DNA of 19,996 nucleotides from an uncultured virus (IMG/VR IMGVR_UViG_2061766007_000765) (lineage: Duplodnaviria; Heunggongvirae; Uroviricota; Caudoviricetes), in the IMG/VR virus record IMGVR_UViG_2061766007_000765. One strand, given 5' to 3'. The notes beneath the pieces were generated by a model. The model saw only the letters and a program-made list of their open reading frames with translations. It ran no database searches and was not told where the DNA came from. Positions 16,960 through 19,996 of this stretch are shown one piece after another (the stretch's first letter is position 1; every line of letters begins with the position of its first letter). The position numbers were made by a program, and so were the translations under genes.

Positions 16960-19900
16960 TTAAGTAGTAGTGATACCTAATCCTAATGCAGAAAGGGCGG
17001 TAGGTACGCTAACTACTGCAGATTCGTTGGTTTGCTGTCTTATTGCGTCAACTATTAAAACGATTTGCGCAAGAAGTGCATTTGTTTGCACTGCAGGATC
17101 TCTCAATTCCTGGGCAAGCTCCTGCTGCCAGTTGCTATTCTGCACNNNNNNNNNNNNNNNNNNNNNNNNNNNNNNNNNNNNNNNGCTCTATTGCACTGTT
17201 TTGTGCTTCCTGAGTAGCCGTTCCGTACGCTTCATGTTTAATGTAATATCTTTCCCATTCTTGCATGTACCAGGGAAAATCTACTGTAGCGAAATGCTGC
17301 ATATCTTCCCAGAATTGAACTTCGTGTAAATCTCGTGCCTTAGCAGCTGCACTTGATTGTGCTGCTTCTTGTGCATCATACATTGCTCTAAGAGAATCGA
17401 GGTTTTCTCCGTATAAGTCAAGTTCATCAGATAGACTGCTAATTCCACTAGATTTTTGGAAACTGTCAACCCAATCTTCAAAACTATTTTGAGTTTCTTG
17501 CTGCAAGGCAGTTAATGCTACCATCTGAGATAATTCGGCTTGCGTATAGTAATCTCTATGGGCTAATCCTTCTGCGTTAACTTTTGTTGCAGCATCTAAT
17601 GAAGTAGCTGCTGACGTACTNNNNNNNNNNNNNNNNNNNNNNNNNNNNNNNNNNNNNNNNNNNNNNNNNNNNNNNNNNNNNNNNNNNNNNNNNNNNNNNN
17701 NNNNNNNNNNNNNNNNNNNNNNNNNNNNNNNNNNNNNNNGCTAAATCAGCGTCTACAATAGATGCGTAATATTTGCCTACATCTGCAGCGATCTGCCTTT
17801 GCGCAGTAGATTTACCTACAAGCTTATAAGCATATGCGCTCGCAGGAGATGATGCTGACGTATTTGCGTCGTTAAATAGTCCCTGACCAGATAATATAGC
17901 GCTGACTGCTCCCTTCACTCCGTTAGCTACTTGGAACTGTGCAGCAGAATTAAGGNNNNNNNNNNNNNNNNNNNNNNNNNNNNNNNNAATAAACTTGTTG
18001 TATTAGCTCCGCGCCAATTCATATAGGTATTCCTGTCAGCAATTCCTAACTCTACACCCGTTGTAATTAAGTTTCGATAAGCTTCTAAGTTACCTTCACC
18101 TATTACTCCTGATTTAACAAGTTCAGCTGTTCTGTTATCTAAATCAGCTGCATTTGCAGCTTGAAGCATAAAATTTCCAACTTTCTTGACCCAATTTAAA
18201 GGGTTAAGGATGTTACCGATTTTTGTTATTGTAACTGCTATTCCATTAAATAATTCAAGCGAAGCGCCTTTTAAATCAACTGCAAATTTTGTCTCCNNNN
18301 NNNNNNNNNNNNNNNNNNNNNNNNNNNNNNNNNNNNNNNNNNNNNNNNNNNNNNNNNNNGAGACCTTCATTGATCATATATTCATTTATTTGCTTCATGC
18401 GAAGCTGTTCGTCTGAAGATGTTGTTTCTCCTTGAACAAGTAATGCTAAATTATCTTCAATTGATTTATTATTTAAGTTCATGGAACTAATTGCATCTGC
18501 TAAATAATTAAAATCTACTCTAGCAAACGCATCCATTGATATACCGAAAACAGATGACAATGCTTCTGCTACTTCCATGTAGTTAGCAGAAGACATATTT
18601 TGAAGCTGAGACAAATTGCGGAACATCGCTTCAAATACGCCTTTAGGATCTTTTGCAAGTGCGTTAAGGAATGCTGTATTAGAAGCACCTACTCCAGCTA
18701 ATGACCTAAGGGCTGTGATATTTGAAGAATTACCTCCAGTAGCTGCATCAACAACTGCGCTGACTACTGAATCTGCCATATCGGGAGNNNNNNNNNNNNN
18801 NNNNNNNNNNNNNNNNNNNNNNNNNNNNNNNNNNNNNNNNNNNNNNNNNNNNNNNNNNNNNNNNNNNNNNNNNNNNNNNNNNNNNNNNNNNNNNNNNNNN
18901 NNNNNNNNNNNNNNNNNNNNNNNNNNNNNNNNNNNNNNNNNNNNNNNNNNNNNNNNNNNNNNNNNNNNNNNNNNNNNNNNNNNNNNATGCTTCTTGCTGG
19001 CTTGCCCCTGCCTTTATTGCATTTGCTGCTATTGATGCATAAGTAGCTGCATACTGGAAGAAGTCTTCAGTAGGTATTGCATTATTCAAGACAGTAGCTT
19101 GATATGCAAATTCTTCAGCAACTTTACCCGATAAGCCTTGCTTAAGAACAGATTCTAGATTAGACANNNNNNNNNNNNNNNNNNNNNNNNNCATTCCGCT
19201 CTCTCTGAGTCTAGCTGCAAATGTTCCCCATAGCTGTTGAACATTCTCTTTAGTATATCCTTGAGTAGTAGTTACTGTAGATAGCACGCTATCCCATACT
19301 TCTGTAATTTTATTAGCAGAAGATTTTATAACATTGAATGCAGCTTCTGTTATAGCCTTAGAATCTTCTTCTATCCTTGCCTTTTGCAATTCAACTAACT
19401 TTTTAGATTTTTCAGTATCATAATTAGNNNNNNNNNNNNNNGCAGGTGCAAAAGCGTCTTTCCAAGCCTGAGTTATTTTATTTGCTAACCATGCAATGCC
19501 TGTTGTAAGAACTTCTATAGCGATTGTTCCTGCTATGACTGCACCATGAAGCATTAGCATTTCAGGGTTAACTGCACTTACCATATCTGTAAGGCCACCA
19601 AGAGAACCGCCAAGGGCGTTTGCGCCGGCTGATACGATGTCTGTAATGCTTCCTCCGCCTTCCATTGCCCCACCAAGGGCAGAACTTATGTTATTTAAGC
19701 TTCTATCAACAAAACCTGTTGCCTGCTGTTTCAAGTAATCTGATTCAGCAGCCCATTGGTCGCCTAAGTTAACTTCTTGACCCCCTAGATGGATTTTAAT
19801 ATTTTTAGCTTGCTCACCTNNNNNNNNNNNNNNNNNNNNNNNNNNNNNNNNNNNNNNNNNNNNNNNNNNNNNNNNNNNNNNNTTCAAACTTTTTGCAAAC

Positions 19901-19996
19901 GCTGCAACTGATCGCGATAATGCATCCTTCATAGAGAAGGTGCTACCTAACATTGCTTCTCTGAATGAATCCTCAAACTGGTCAGTTAGGCGATCA
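16960..19996 (-). CDS. Tail tape measure protein (5' end outside window; >1000 aa)
   Basis: Six ORF-track fragments (18748-19953, 18276-18779, 17927-18370, 17577-17918, 17135-17524, 16960-17145) join across N-runs. I read the bridging segments LNSAAQFQVANGVKGAV and STSAATSLDAATKVNAEGLAHRDYYTQAELSQMVAL without stops. The protein is Ala/Ser/Gln-rich and helical with a hydrophobic stretch (LHGAVIAGTIAIEVLTTGIAWLA). It lies upstream of the tube-initiator/hub/baseplate genes. Stop TAA at 16960-16962. Confidence 0.8.

Noticed and set aside
498..19035. Plus-strand ORFs in the track (e.g. 2669-3052, 3176-3547, 6506-6802, 12997-13494, 15622-16101, 16970-17329, 18616-19035)
   Set aside because: They are antisense shadows of well-supported minus-strand genes or are inflated by N-runs, with no recognisable motifs.
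1..19996. Many apparent frameshifts and fragmented ORFs (pseudogenes, programmed frameshifting or a decaying prophage)
   Set aside because: Every frame change I traced coincides with an N-run, and the sequence on both sides reads open in a sensible frame. These are gap-length artefacts of the assembly or masking.
1..19996. Stop-codon reassignment (genetic code 15 or 4) as the cause of short ORFs
   Set aside because: TAG (140, 1543, 2659, 4556, 4996) and TGA (13967) end genes directly before the next RBS/start or intergenic gap. No in-frame TAG/TGA interrupts the reconstructed genes.
1..19996. CRISPR arrays, tRNA/rRNA genes, introns/inteins, IS elements, rho-independent terminators
   Set aside because: None seen. 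Intergenic space is minimal and no regular repeats, homing-endonuclease/intein motifs or GC hairpin + U-tract were found in the readable sequence. N-runs could hide small elements.

Overview
The whole window is one tightly packed, minus-strand morphogenesis cluster for a contractile (myovirus-type) phage tail and baseplate. The host is probably a Gram-positive Firmicute (Clostridia/Lachnospiraceae-like), inferred from the lysin domain families, the strong AGGAGG-type RBSs and the AT-rich DNA. The many N-runs have approximate lengths and often shift the frame, so the ORF track fragments real genes. Reading both sides of each gap by hand gives about 15 genes. In transcription order (right to left): tape measure protein (partial, >1000 aa); ~960-aa structural/fibre-like protein; ~167-aa hypothetical; LysM-like + tube-initiator protein; gp53/gpX-like LysM wedge protein; gp27/gpD-like hub; ~173-aa hypothetical; two large multi-domain peptidoglycan-hydrolase proteins; an OB-fold-only gp5/gpV spike protein; gp25; gp6/J wedge; gpI/gp7-like wedge; a hypothetical; a tail-collar/fibre-attachment-like protein; and a partial gene. 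The most striking element is the tandem pair at 10016-5279. Together the two proteins carry about eight cell-wall-enzyme-type domains (2x NlpC/P60-like, Amidase_2, GH25, DPBB/3D-like, 2x CHAP, phage tail lysozyme). Four of these visibly lack their catalytic residues, and the pair sits next to a spike gene that has no needle. All family calls come from motif recognition by eye, not from database searches.
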